Shown: one piece after another, positions 27,025 through 36,122 of the stretch
Layout: every line of letters begins with the position of its first letter
How positions within the stretch are numbered: the stretch's first letter is position 1
Source of the DNA: Gemmatimonadota bacterium
Lineage (GTDB): Bacteria > Gemmatimonadota > Gemmatimonadetes > Gemmatimonadales > GWC2-71-9
DNA length: 61,263 nt
Assembly (NCBI GenBank): GCA_046728135.1
Contig: JBKPDZ010000036.1
Coordinates: 1 to 61,263, forward strand
Reading direction: 5' to 3'
The notes under the pieces: generated by a model
Seen by the model: the letters and a program-made list of their open reading frames with translations, nothing else
Told to the model about the DNA's origin: nothing
Databases searched by the model: none
Translations under genes and position numbers: made by a program

Positions 27025-28010
27025 GCCACCAGTCGCTGTACGGCCGCCGCCACGTGGTCCGGGAGCACGTCTTCCAGGCAGCGATGGTGCCCGAGCGGGC
27101 AGCGTTCCGAGCCCATCGCCGAGCACGGCCGGCAACCGAGATCCTGCTCGAGCACGACCGCGCGCCTGCTATACGGAAAGAAGCCAAACGGCTCGACGGT
27201 CGGCCCGAACAGTGCGACAACAGGTCTGCTCACGCCGGTGGCCATATGCATGACCCCGGTATCCCCGCAGATCACAACCGCCGCGCGCGACAGACAGGCA
27301 CCGGTTTCTTGCAGCGTAAACTCGCCGGCGACGTTGATGACACCGTTGCCGAGGGCCTCCGCGATCGCACGATCGGCCGGGCCACCGACGGCGACGACCG
27401 CGTACCCGAGATCCTGCAACCGCTGCGTCAGCGCCTGCCAATGCCGGATGGGCCAACGCTTGGTCGCGTGCGCGGCGCCCGGGGCGATGACGGCGAACGG
27501 CTTCGCGTCCAGTCCGACCTCGACCAGCCAGTGCGTCATCTGCGTGCGGGCGACCGGCGTAAGGTAGAAGTCTGGGGGGCCGCCGTCCGGTGCGACGTCG
27601 AGTCCTCGCCCCGCCTCGAAGTACCGCTCGGGAACCGGCACCTGGCGTCCGTAGATGTTGATTTTGGTGGCGATCAGCGTCGTCCGCGCGAGTTTTCGCT
27701 TCGAGTACCCCGACCACTCGCAGGGCACCAGCCAACGCAACGCCGCGCTGCGCAGACTGCCGTGCAGATCGAGTCCGTGAGTCGGTCTCAGTGCGCGGAG
27801 CCGTCGCGCGAGATCGGAAATGCGCTCCTGCGGCGCGAGCTCGATCACCTGGGTGATATGAGGATTCTCGACCACGAGCGGTGCCATCGCGTGCTTGGTG
27901 ACGAAATACAGTTCGGCGTCGGGATGGCGCCGGTGCAACGCGCGCACGAGGGGGGTGGTGAGAAGGACGTCGCCGATGGAGCTGAACCGGACGCACAGAA
28001 TACGCAACAC
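27021..28010 (-). CDS. Glycosyltransferase family 9 (LPS heptosyltransferase-like)
   Basis: MLRILCVRFSSIGDVLLTTPLVRAL… and …VICGDTGVMHMA… are typical of the ADP-heptose:LPS heptosyltransferase fold. GTG start. Confidence 0.88.
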   Translation of the reverse strand: MLRILCVRFSSIGDVLLTTPLVRALHRRHPDAELYFVTKHAMAPLVVENPHITQVIELAPQERISDLARRLRALRPTHGLDLHGSLRSAALRWLVPCEWSGYSKRKLARTTLIATKINIYGRQVPVPERYFEAGRGLDVAPDGGPPDFYLTPVARTQMTHWLVEVGLDAKPFAVIAPGAAHATKRWPIRHWQALTQRLQDLGYAVVAVGGPADRAIAEALGNGVINVAGEFTLQETGACLSRAAVVICGDTGVMHMATGVSRPVVALFGPTVEPFGFFPYSRRAVVLEQDLGCRPCSAMGSERCPLGHHRCLEDVLPDHVAAAVQRLVA

Positions 28011-28069
28011 GCGGCCAATGTAGTCGCGCGTTGCCCGGCTTCGCCAGCGGGACTACCTTGTCACGCAAG

Positions 28070-29641
28070 ATGCCGCGTCCGAAGAGTATTCTCTGGATCG
28101 ACGACGAAGTCGAGGGCTTGGCCGCGCACCGCCGCTTCCTCGAGCAGCAGGGATTCGCGGTCGCGCAGGCCGCGCACGGCGACGATGCACTCGCGATGCT
28201 GCGCCGCCAGCCGTACAGCGTCGTGCTGCTCGACGAGCAGATGCCGGGACGGCGTGGCATCGAGCTGATTCCGGAGATCCGCGCGATCGACCCGGCGATG
28301 GCCGTGGTGATGGTGACGCAGAGCGAAGACGACGGGCTGATGCGCGACGCGATCGGTATCGAGATCGACGATTACCTCGTGAAGCCGGTGCATCCGCGAC
28401 AGGTGCTCTCCGTTGTCACGCGATTGCTCGAAGGCGACCGCATTCGCCAGCAACGCCTGGCCCGCGACTTCGTCACACGCTTCCGGGAGCTGGAAGGCCG
28501 ACGTGGCGCAACGCTCGCATGGCGCGAGTGGAGCGAGCTGGTCGCCGAGCTGGCACGATGGGAGGTGCGCCTGGCCGCGGCGGATGAGCCCGGCCTCTCC
28601 GAGGCGTTGCACAACCTGCAACAGAGCCTGCGCAAGGATTTCCAGTCCTTCATTACCAAGAACTATCCCCGCTGGCTCGCCGACCCGGAGCGGGACCGGC
28701 CGCCCCTGTCCGTCGATGTGGGCGCGGAGTTCCTCGTCCCCGCGCTCAAGCGCACCGGTCGCGTGGTGTTCATCGTGATCGATTGCCTGCGGCTCGACCA
28801 GTGGGAAGTGCTGCGGGATCTGATCACGCCGCTGTTCGACGTCGAGGAATCGCACTACTACAGCATTCTCCCGACGGCGACGCCGTTCTCGCGTAACGCG
28901 ATCTTCAGCGGTCTCTTCCCGATGGAAATCGCGGCCCGGCACCCCGAGTGGTGGGGCGCGCCGACCGACGAAGAGAGCCTCAATGCCCACGAGCCCGAGC
29001 TCCTGGCCGAGCAGTTGCGCGAGCTGGTCGGCGAGACCGTGCCGGTGCGCTACGAGAAGCTGTTCACGGCGGCCGACGGCACCGATCTGTTACGCCGCCT
29101 GCCGGCGCACCTGGCGCAGCCCGGCGTGACCGCGCTCGTCTTCAACTTCATCGATCAGCTGACGCACGGTCGCTCGGAGAACGCGATCCTGTATGAAGTC
29201 GCGCGCGATGCCGACGCGCTGCGCGGCTTGACGAAGACCTGGTTCGAGCGCTCGCCGGTGCTCGCCGCGCTCGAGGAAGCGGAGCGTCGCAACGTGCCGG
29301 TGCTGCTCACGACGGATCACGGCGCGATCCACTGCGACACGCCGGCGACGGTCTTCGCCAAGCGCGATGCAACCGCCAACTTGCGCTACAAGTTCGGGGA
29401 GGATCTGCGCGCCGAGGATCCCGAGGCGGCGATCATGGTCGAGGACCTCAAGGCGTACGGCCTTCCGGCCAAAGGCTTGGGCGTCCGGCTGTTGCTCGCG
29501 ACCGGCGACCGCTTCTTCGTGTATCCCACGAAGCTGCGGGAATATCAGGCGCGGTATCGCGGCGCGTTCCTGCACGGGGGTGCGACGCCCGAAGAAATGA
29601 TCCTGCCGGTCGCGCTGCTGACGCCGCGTCGCTCCCGCTGA
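28070..29641 (+). CDS. PorX-like response regulator (REC domain fused to a PglZ/alkaline-phosphatase-superfamily domain)
   Basis: ATG at 28070 gives MPRPKSILWIDDE…LLDEQMPGRRG…DYLVKP (REC). It continues with VVFIVIDCLRLDQW…ATPFSRNAIFSG…FNFIDQLTHGRS…LLTTDHGA (PglZ-type). Confidence 0.85.
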   Translation: MPRPKSILWIDDEVEGLAAHRRFLEQQGFAVAQAAHGDDALAMLRRQPYSVVLLDEQMPGRRGIELIPEIRAIDPAMAVVMVTQSEDDGLMRDAIGIEIDDYLVKPVHPRQVLSVVTRLLEGDRIRQQRLARDFVTRFRELEGRRGATLAWREWSELVAELARWEVRLAAADEPGLSEALHNLQQSLRKDFQSFITKNYPRWLADPERDRPPLSVDVGAEFLVPALKRTGRVVFIVIDCLRLDQWEVLRDLITPLFDVEESHYYSILPTATPFSRNAIFSGLFPMEIAARHPEWWGAPTDEESLNAHEPELLAEQLRELVGETVPVRYEKLFTAADGTDLLRRLPAHLAQPGVTALVFNFIDQLTHGRSENAILYEVARDADALRGLTKTWFERSPVLAALEEAERRNVPVLLTTDHGAIHCDTPATVFAKRDATANLRYKFGEDLRAEDPEAAIMVEDLKAYGLPAKGLGVRLLLATGDRFFVYPTKLREYQARYRGAFLHGGATPEEMILPVALLTPRRSR

Positions 29642-31443
29642 TGATGCGCGCACGCTCCCCGCGGCTGATGGGGCTGCTCCGCCCCTACTCGCTGCAGTTC
29701 GCCGCGACGATCGCGACGACGGTCATCTCGTCGGTGCTCGACGGTTTCACGTTCGTGCTGCTGATCCCGTTCCTGCGCACGCTGTTCGGCACCGCCGCGT
29801 TGCCGAGCCAGGGCGGGACGCAGGTCGAGGCGGTGCTCAACAAGATCGCCGGGCCGTTCCTGCAGGCGGGGTCCCCGAACATCGCGCTGCGCAACGTCGT
29901 CATCATCCTGCTGGTCGCGCTGCTCCTGAAGAACCTGGCGGCGTATGTCGCGTCGATGGGCAGCGTGGCGATTCAGGAAGGGGTCGTACGCGACCTGCGG
30001 ATCCGCCTGTTCGACCATCTCCAGACCCTCCCGCTCGGCTATTTCCAGCGCACGCGCGCCGGACAGACGATCGCGCGCGTGATCAGTGACACCGACCAGG
30101 TCAAGACCGCGGTCAGTGCCGCGCTCGCGTCGCTGCTGCAGAACATCGTCGTCATCCTCGTGTACGTCGTCATTCTCTTCGGTCTCTCGGTGAAGCTGAC
30201 GTTGCTGTCGTTGTTGCTCGCGCCAGTCTTGTTGTTGATCATGCGGCCGATGCTCAACCGGCTGCGCCGTCGCTCGCGCGAGCTCGCTGCGGAGCGGGGC
30301 GAGGTGACGAGCAATGTGGGAGAGATGATCGCCTCGGCAAAGCTGGTGCGCGCCTACGTGGCCGAAGCATTCGAGCTGGAGCGTTTCCGGGTGCTGGCCG
30401 AGCGCTACCGCAAACGCGTGCTCCAGGCGCAGCGCTACTCCAGTCTCACGAGTCCAGTCAGCGAGGTGTTCGGCGGCTTCATGATCGTCCTGATCCTCGT
30501 GGTGGGGACCCGACTCGCGCTTGGTGCCACGCTCGATCCCGCGGTGCTGATCACGTTCCTGGCGGTCAGTTTGCGGCTGATGTCGCCGATCAAGTCGGTC
30601 TCGAATTATCCGACCGTCATGGCTGGCGCGGTCGCGTCCGCGGAACGCGTGTTCGAGGTCCTCGACCTGCCGTCGGCGGAGGGGGACCGGCCGGGCGAGA
30701 CCACGGCTGAGTTCAGCGAGCGCATCGAATTCCGCGGCGTGTCGTTCGAGTACGAGCCGTCCGAATCCGTGCTGCGCGATGTCGATCTCGAGGTCCAGCG
30801 CGGCCAGGTCGTCGCGATCGTGGGTCCATCGGGGGCCGGGAAGACCACGCTCGTCGATCTCCTGCCGCGCTTCTACGAGCCGACGCGCGGCGACATCCTG
30901 ATGGACGGGGTGCCGCTCACGAACTTCACGCGGTCCTCGCTCAGGCGGTTGATGGGGATCGTGTCACAAGAAACCGTCCTGCTCAACGACACGGTGCTCG
31001 CGAACATCGCCTACGGGTTGAAGGACGTACCGCTCGACCAGGTGCGCGCGGCGGCGCGCGCGGCCAACGCGGACGACTTCATCACCCGGCTCCCGGAAGG
31101 CTATGGCACGCTGCTCGGCGAGCGCGGGACGCGGCTCTCCGGCGGCCAGCGCCAGCGGATCGCGATCGCGCGCGCGCTGCTGCGCGATCCGCCGATTCTC
31201 ATTCTCGATGAGGCCACCAGCGCACTCGACACCGAGTCCGAGCGGCTCGTGCAAGAGGCCATCGACCGCCTGATGGCGCATCGCACGGTGTTCGTGATCG
31301 CGCACCGGCTCGCCACCGTGCAGCACGCGGACTTCATCGTCGTGCTGGCGGAGGGCCGCATCGTGGAGCGTGGCACGCATGGCGACCTGCTGTCCGCCGA
31401 CGGCCTGTACCGCCGGCTGTACAACCTGCAGTTCCGTAGCTGA
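29641..31443 (+). CDS. ABC transporter ATP-binding/permease protein (MsbA-like lipid exporter)
   Basis: Six-TM exporter domain plus an NBD with GPSGAGKTT, LSGGQRQRIAIARAL and ILILDEATSALD. ATG shares a base with the upstream TGA. Confidence 0.92.
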   Translation: MMRARSPRLMGLLRPYSLQFAATIATTVISSVLDGFTFVLLIPFLRTLFGTAALPSQGGTQVEAVLNKIAGPFLQAGSPNIALRNVVIILLVALLLKNLAAYVASMGSVAIQEGVVRDLRIRLFDHLQTLPLGYFQRTRAGQTIARVISDTDQVKTAVSAALASLLQNIVVILVYVVILFGLSVKLTLLSLLLAPVLLLIMRPMLNRLRRRSRELAAERGEVTSNVGEMIASAKLVRAYVAEAFELERFRVLAERYRKRVLQAQRYSSLTSPVSEVFGGFMIVLILVVGTRLALGATLDPAVLITFLAVSLRLMSPIKSVSNYPTVMAGAVASAERVFEVLDLPSAEGDRPGETTAEFSERIEFRGVSFEYEPSESVLRDVDLEVQRGQVVAIVGPSGAGKTTLVDLLPRFYEPTRGDILMDGVPLTNFTRSSLRRLMGIVSQETVLLNDTVLANIAYGLKDVPLDQVRAAARAANADDFITRLPEGYGTLLGERGTRLSGGQRQRIAIARALLRDPPILILDEATSALDTESERLVQEAIDRLMAHRTVFVIAHRLATVQHADFIVVLAEGRIVERGTHGDLLSADGLYRRLYNLQFRS

Positions 31444-31444
31444 C

Positions 31445-32314
31445 GTGCTGTCCGGTTTCACTCTCGTTCGTAACGCCGTCAATCTCAACTTCCCCATCGT
31501 CGCGGCGACGCGCTCGGCGCTCGCAGTGTGCGACGAGGTCGTCGTCAACGTCGGCAAATCGGACGACGACACACGCGACCTCCTCGCCGGGATCGCCGAC
31601 CCACGCGTTCGTATCATCGACAGCGTGTGGGACATGAGCAAAGGCGACGAGACGCTGGCGGCGGAAACGCAGCGTGCGATGGACGCGTGCCGGGGCTCCT
31701 GGGGGATCTACGTCCAGGCCGACGAAGTCCTGCATGAGACGGGAGCCCGGATCCTCAAGGAGAAGGTGGCCGAGTGGGACGGCGATGCCCGCGTGGAAGG
31801 GTTGCTCGTCAACTATCTGCATTTTTACGGCGGCTTCGACACGATCGCGACGAACCGGCGTTGGTATCGCCGGGAAGTGCGCTGCATCCGCCTCGGACGA
31901 GACATCCATCCTTACGAGGGCGCGCAGGGGTTCCGCGTCGGCTCCGGCCCGGCGCGGCGCAAGATTCGCGCACGGCTGACCGATGCGCAGATGTTCCACT
32001 ACGGCTGGGCGCGCCCGGCCCGCGCGATCAACGCGAAGCTCCAGATCACCCAGCACATGTATCCCTGGGCCGCCGATCGTCTCGAGCAGGCGCGGCGGCG
32101 GGAGACGCTCGAATGGATTCCGTTGCTCCGGCCGTTCACCGGCACCCATCCGGTCGTGGCGCGGGAGTGGATCGCCGCGTGCCAGCGGCAGCCGTCAATC
32201 GAGGTCGACTCGCCGCGCTTCACGCCGATGCACCTGCGCTACTACCTGTCCGACTGGATCGAGCGGCTGACGGGCGCGCGGATCTTCGAGTTTCGGAACT
32301 ATCAGGTCGTGTAG
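31445..32314 (+). CDS. Glycosyltransferase (GT2-like)
   Basis: GTG at 31445, 2 nt after the msbA-like stop. LSGFTLVRNAVNLNFPI…DEVVVNVGKSDDDT…YVQADEV resembles GT-A fold enzymes found in LPS core clusters. The family assignment is tentative. Confidence 0.65.
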   Translation: MLSGFTLVRNAVNLNFPIVAATRSALAVCDEVVVNVGKSDDDTRDLLAGIADPRVRIIDSVWDMSKGDETLAAETQRAMDACRGSWGIYVQADEVLHETGARILKEKVAEWDGDARVEGLLVNYLHFYGGFDTIATNRRWYRREVRCIRLGRDIHPYEGAQGFRVGSGPARRKIRARLTDAQMFHYGWARPARAINAKLQITQHMYPWAADRLEQARRRETLEWIPLLRPFTGTHPVVAREWIAACQRQPSIEVDSPRFTPMHLRYYLSDWIERLTGARIFEFRNYQVV

Positions 32315-33243
32315 GGAGTCGGCCGGCCAGGCGGGAGCGCCCCGTCGGCGATGAGCTGGCCGTACATGCGCACGTACTCCTCGGCCATCGAGATGTGCGT
32401 GAAGTAGCGCGTTGCATGAGCACGACAGGCCTCGCTCGAGCGCGTCGCGATCGTGCGTGACGCCTCGATCAAGTCATCGAGGGTGTCGCGCAACGCCCCA
32501 ACCTCCGGCGTGATGATCTCGGGCAATGCGCCGCGATGGGTGCCGAGCACCGGTGTTCCGGAGAACAGCGCCTCGACGAGCGTGAGCCCGAACGGCTCGT
32601 CCCAGAGCGCCGGCATCCAGAGGCAGCGCGCGCCCGCAAGCAGTGCCCGTTTGCGGGTATCGTCCACGGTCCCGACGTAACGAATCTTCCGACGAAGACT
32701 TGGCCGCCAGCCGCCGGCGATCAGCAGGCGCCGCCCCGTGCGCTTGGCCGCCTCGATTGCCCAGCGATATCCCTTCGCGCTGTGGAGGCGGCCGATGAAG
32801 AGATCGTACTCCTCCTTCTGTTGCTGAAACTGAAAGCCCGCAGGGTCCAGGCCGTTGTACACGAAACATGCGCTGCCGTGTCTAAGCGCGTGGTCCCGCG
32901 AGAGGAACACGGTATGTGGTGGTCGTTGCTCCCCCGCGCGCAGATTGCCGTGCTGCGTCTGCAGGAACGGCCATGCATCAGGTGGGCGCGCAACCGGATA
33001 GTGGGCGTGCACAACGTCAACGTCACGGGGCACGTGCGCGATCAGGGCCGACGCCGGTCCCAGCAGCGCGTTGCGGGAAATCTCAATCCAGGTCGCGCCC
33101 GGCAGGCTGGTGTGTGGTGGCGCGAGCAGGCTGACGCGATGGCCCAGCTCGGCGAGTCCTTGAACAAGCGCCGCCACGACACGCTGCGTCCCGCCATACC
33201 CCTGCACCGGCAACGGATGGTGCGACAGCAGCGCGACGTGCAG
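32302..33243 (-). CDS. Glycosyltransferase family 4 (tandem paralog A)
   Basis: About 60% identical by eye to the upstream paralog (33246-34196). The conserved N-terminus LHVALLSHHPLPVQGYGG aligns residue for residue with the paralog's MHVVVASHHRLPVEGYGG, so I place the start at in-frame CTG 33243. The canonical alternative is TTG 33213. Confidence 0.8.
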   Translation of the reverse strand: MHVALLSHHPLPVQGYGGTQRVVAALVQGLAELGHRVSLLAPPHTSLPGATWIEISRNALLGPASALIAHVPRDVDVVHAHYPVARPPDAWPFLQTQHGNLRAGEQRPPHTVFLSRDHALRHGSACFVYNGLDPAGFQFQQQKEEYDLFIGRLHSAKGYRWAIEAAKRTGRRLLIAGGWRPSLRRKIRYVGTVDDTRKRALLAGARCLWMPALWDEPFGLTLVEALFSGTPVLGTHRGALPEIITPEVGALRDTLDDLIEASRTIATRSSEACRAHATRYFTHISMAEEYVRMYGQLIADGALPPGRPTPYTT

Positions 33244-33245
33244 GG

Positions 33246-34196
33246 TTAGCGACCGCCCGTCGCCTGCGTCACGCGGCCGCTAGGCAGAGCGCGCGTGCTG
33301 ATGAGCGCCTGATACATGCGCACGTATTCGGATGCCATCTCGAGGTGCGTGAACCACCGTTCTGCATGCGCGCGGCACGCGCGCGGGTCACGCGTTCCGA
33401 TGGTTTCGGCCGCAAGGATCATCTCTTCCAGCGTGCTCGAGATCGCGCCGACGTCCGGCGTGAGAATCTCCGGCAACGCGCCGCGCTTGGTGCCGAGCAC
33501 CGGAGTCCCTGAAAACAACGCCTCGATCGTCGGCAATCCGAACGGCTCATCCCACTGCGCCGGCATCCACAGACACCGCGCGCGCGCGAGCAGCACCGCC
33601 TTGCGCTTGCCGCCCACCTCGCCGACGTACTTGATGACGCCGGTGAAACTGGGCCGCCAGCCGCCGGCGACGATCAACCGGCGGCCGGTACGCTTCGCCG
33701 CTTCGATCGCCCAGTTGTAGCCGCGGTCGCTGTGCAGCTTGCCGAGGAAGAGATCCCACTGCTCCTTGCGCGGGCGAAAGATGAAATCCGCCGGATCGAG
33801 TCCGTTGTACACGAACGTCTCGCTACCGTGGCGCCGCGCGTGATCGCGCGAGAGAAAAATCGTGTTCGGCGGCAGCGGCGTCCCCGGTTTCCAATTGCCA
33901 TGCAGCGTTTGCACGAAGGGGACGGACTTCGGGCCCTGCTTCAACGGAAAGTGGGCATGGACGACATCGGCGTTGTCGGGAAGAAAGGGCGTGAGGTCGG
34001 AGGTGCCGTTCTTCAGCGCGCGCGGCGGGATCTCGACGATGCGCGAGGCCGCCGCGAGTTTGGTGCCGGGCTGGGCCAAGACGGTGACGCGATGCCCCAG
34101 GGCCGCCAGCGCCTGGACCAGCGCCACGACGACGCGTTGGGGTCCGCCATAACCTTCGACCGGTAGCCGGTGATGGGACGCGACCACGACGTGCAT
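33246..34196 (-). CDS. Glycosyltransferase family 4 (tandem paralog B)
   Basis: ATG start. MHVVVASHHRLPVEGYGGPQRVV… and …DEPFGLPTIEALFSGTPVLGT… (the E-x7-E-like GT-B C-domain). Confidence 0.85.
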   Translation of the reverse strand: MHVVVASHHRLPVEGYGGPQRVVVALVQALAALGHRVTVLAQPGTKLAAASRIVEIPPRALKNGTSDLTPFLPDNADVVHAHFPLKQGPKSVPFVQTLHGNWKPGTPLPPNTIFLSRDHARRHGSETFVYNGLDPADFIFRPRKEQWDLFLGKLHSDRGYNWAIEAAKRTGRRLIVAGGWRPSFTGVIKYVGEVGGKRKAVLLARARCLWMPAQWDEPFGLPTIEALFSGTPVLGTKRGALPEILTPDVGAISSTLEEMILAAETIGTRDPRACRAHAERWFTHLEMASEYVRMYQALISTRALPSGRVTQATGGR

Positions 34197-34225
34197 CGGA
34201 GACCCAGTATAACTACCTTCGCTCC

Positions 34226-35350
34226 ATGTTGCCTCGGGGACTGACGATCCTGCAACTCACCTATCAAGGTCAGGGCGCCGGCTCCACCCAATCCATCCTC
34301 AGTCTGAGTCGCGAGCTGGCCCGGCGGGGGCATCGCGTCCTGGTGGGTTGCCGGCCGGACACGTTGCTGGCGCGGGCGGTTGCCGCGGAGGGCGGTCTGA
34401 TCACGCATGTGCCGCTCGATTTCACGCGCCAGCGTGACGTCGCCAACGCCATCGCGGCCGCGATCGCGCAACACGGTGTGGAGGTGGTGAACAGTCACGC
34501 GACCCGCGACCGCCGCGCGCTGACGTGGCTGCGCTGGCGCCGCCGCTTGCCGCAGGCGTTCGTCGTGACGCGCCGCACGATGCCGCTCACACTGCCGCCG
34601 GAGCTCATCGCCGTCGGGCTGACGGCCGACCGCACGATCGCGGTGAGTGCCGCCGTCGCGCATGCCCTGCGCCGGCGGCTGCATCCGCGCCGTCGCCTGC
34701 GCGTCGTTCCGAACGGCATCGATCTCGCCCGGATCGAGGCGGACCCGTCGCAGCACGACCTCGCGCTGGCGAACGCCGCGTTGGGCGGGGACAATTCCGG
34801 GCGCGCGGTCGTGGCGGTTGTGTCGCGCCGCAAGGATCAACACGTCCTGCTGCGCGCGTTGCCGGCGCTGGAACGGCCCGTCACGGTCGCGCTCGTGGGC
34901 ATCCGTCCCGACGCGGAGCTGGCGGCCGCGGAGGCCGCGGTGCCCGAGCGGCATCGCGTCGTCTACGTGCCATTCACCGACCGCCCGCTGGCGTTCTATC
35001 GGCTCGCCACCGTCGCCGCGTTGCCCTCGCGCATCGAGGGGCTGTCGCAGTCGCTACTCGAGGCGATGTCGCTCGGCGTCCCGGTGATCGCGTCCGCGGC
35101 GGGGGGTAATCCGGAGCTCATCTATCCCGGCGAGACCGGATTGCTGGTGCCGCCGCTCGATCCCGCCGCCTGGGCCCGGGCGCTCGACCGCATGCTCGGC
35201 GACGACGAGTTTCGCGCGCGGGTCGCGCATGCCGGCCGCACCCTCGCCCGCGAAGAATTCACCATGCCGCGCACGGCCGAGCGGACCGAGATCGTCTACC
35301 GCGAGGCGCTCGAGCGGCGCCGATTGCTCAGCGGGGAGCCGTTCCATTAG
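34226..35350 (+). CDS. Glycosyltransferase family 4
   Basis: LTILQLTYQGQGAGST… and …EGLSQSLLEAMSLGVPVIASAAGGNPELI… are GT-B/GT4 signatures. Confidence 0.88.
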   Translation: MLPRGLTILQLTYQGQGAGSTQSILSLSRELARRGHRVLVGCRPDTLLARAVAAEGGLITHVPLDFTRQRDVANAIAAAIAQHGVEVVNSHATRDRRALTWLRWRRRLPQAFVVTRRTMPLTLPPELIAVGLTADRTIAVSAAVAHALRRRLHPRRRLRVVPNGIDLARIEADPSQHDLALANAALGGDNSGRAVVAVVSRRKDQHVLLRALPALERPVTVALVGIRPDAELAAAEAAVPERHRVVYVPFTDRPLAFYRLATVAALPSRIEGLSQSLLEAMSLGVPVIASAAGGNPELIYPGETGLLVPPLDPAAWARALDRMLGDDEFRARVAHAGRTLAREEFTMPRTAERTEIVYREALERRRLLSGEPFH

Positions 35351-35360
35351 CATTCGGAGC

Positions 35361-36122
35361 ATGCCCTCGCCACAGACGCCAGTGACCGCCGTGATTCCAA
35401 CGTTGAACGAAGCCAATCAAATCGGGGACTGCGTTCGCGCCGTCACCTGGGCCGACGAAATCATCGTCGCCGACGGCGGCTCGCGCGACGAAACGCCGCG
35501 CGCGGCTGCCGCCGCCGGCGCGAAGGTGCTCCAGGGATCCTGGGGCACGATCGCGGCCCAGCGCAACGCCGCGATCGCGGCGGCGCGCAATCAATGGGTC
35601 CTCGCGGTGGACGCCGACGAACGCGTCGGTCCCGATCTTGCTGCGGAGATCGGTGCGACGGTACAGGCGCCGGCCCATCGCGCGTATGCCGTGCGCCGGG
35701 CGAATCGGTACGCCGGCCGCACGATCCGGTTCGGCGGCTGGGGTGACGACTGGGTGGTCCGATTGTTTCAGCGCGATCGCCGCTACGTCGAACGGCGCGT
35801 GCACGAGCATCTGGAGCGGGGGACGGACGTCGGCCGGCTGCGCGCGCCGCTCGTCCACACGCCCTACCGCGATCTGTCGCACTATCTCGAGAAGCTGGAT
35901 CGCTATGCCACCTGGGGGGCCGAGGAGATGGCCGAGCGTGGCCGCCGGGCCTACCTCACCGACATTGTCCTTCGCCCGCCAGCCCGCTTCTTTAGTATGT
36001 ACGTGTTGCGTCTCGGCCTGCTCGACGGCTGGCGTGGCGCGGTGCTTTCGGGTCTCGCGGGCTTCAGTGTCTTCTTGAAATACGTGCGGCTGTGGGAGCT
36101 CCAGCGCAAGGACGATGGCTAA
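35361..36122 (+). CDS. Glycosyltransferase family 2
   Basis: ATG at 35361 gives MPSPQTPVTAVIPTLNEANQIGDCV…IIVADGGSRDET…AVDADE (DxD), the GT-A fold. Confidence 0.88.
   Translation: MPSPQTPVTAVIPTLNEANQIGDCVRAVTWADEIIVADGGSRDETPRAAAAAGAKVLQGSWGTIAAQRNAAIAAARNQWVLAVDADERVGPDLAAEIGATVQAPAHRAYAVRRANRYAGRTIRFGGWGDDWVVRLFQRDRRYVERRVHEHLERGTDVGRLRAPLVHTPYRDLSHYLEKLDRYATWGAEEMAERGRRAYLTDIVLRPPARFFSMYVLRLGLLDGWRGAVLSGLAGFSVFLKYVRLWELQRKDDG

Noticed and set aside
26820-28268. A 482-aa plus-strand ORF (and a 363-aa minus-strand ORF at 27169-28260) overlapping the GT9 gene
   Set aside because: Both are alternative frames or the antisense strand of a clearly homologous heptosyltransferase. Their composition is dominated by Arg, Gly and Ala.
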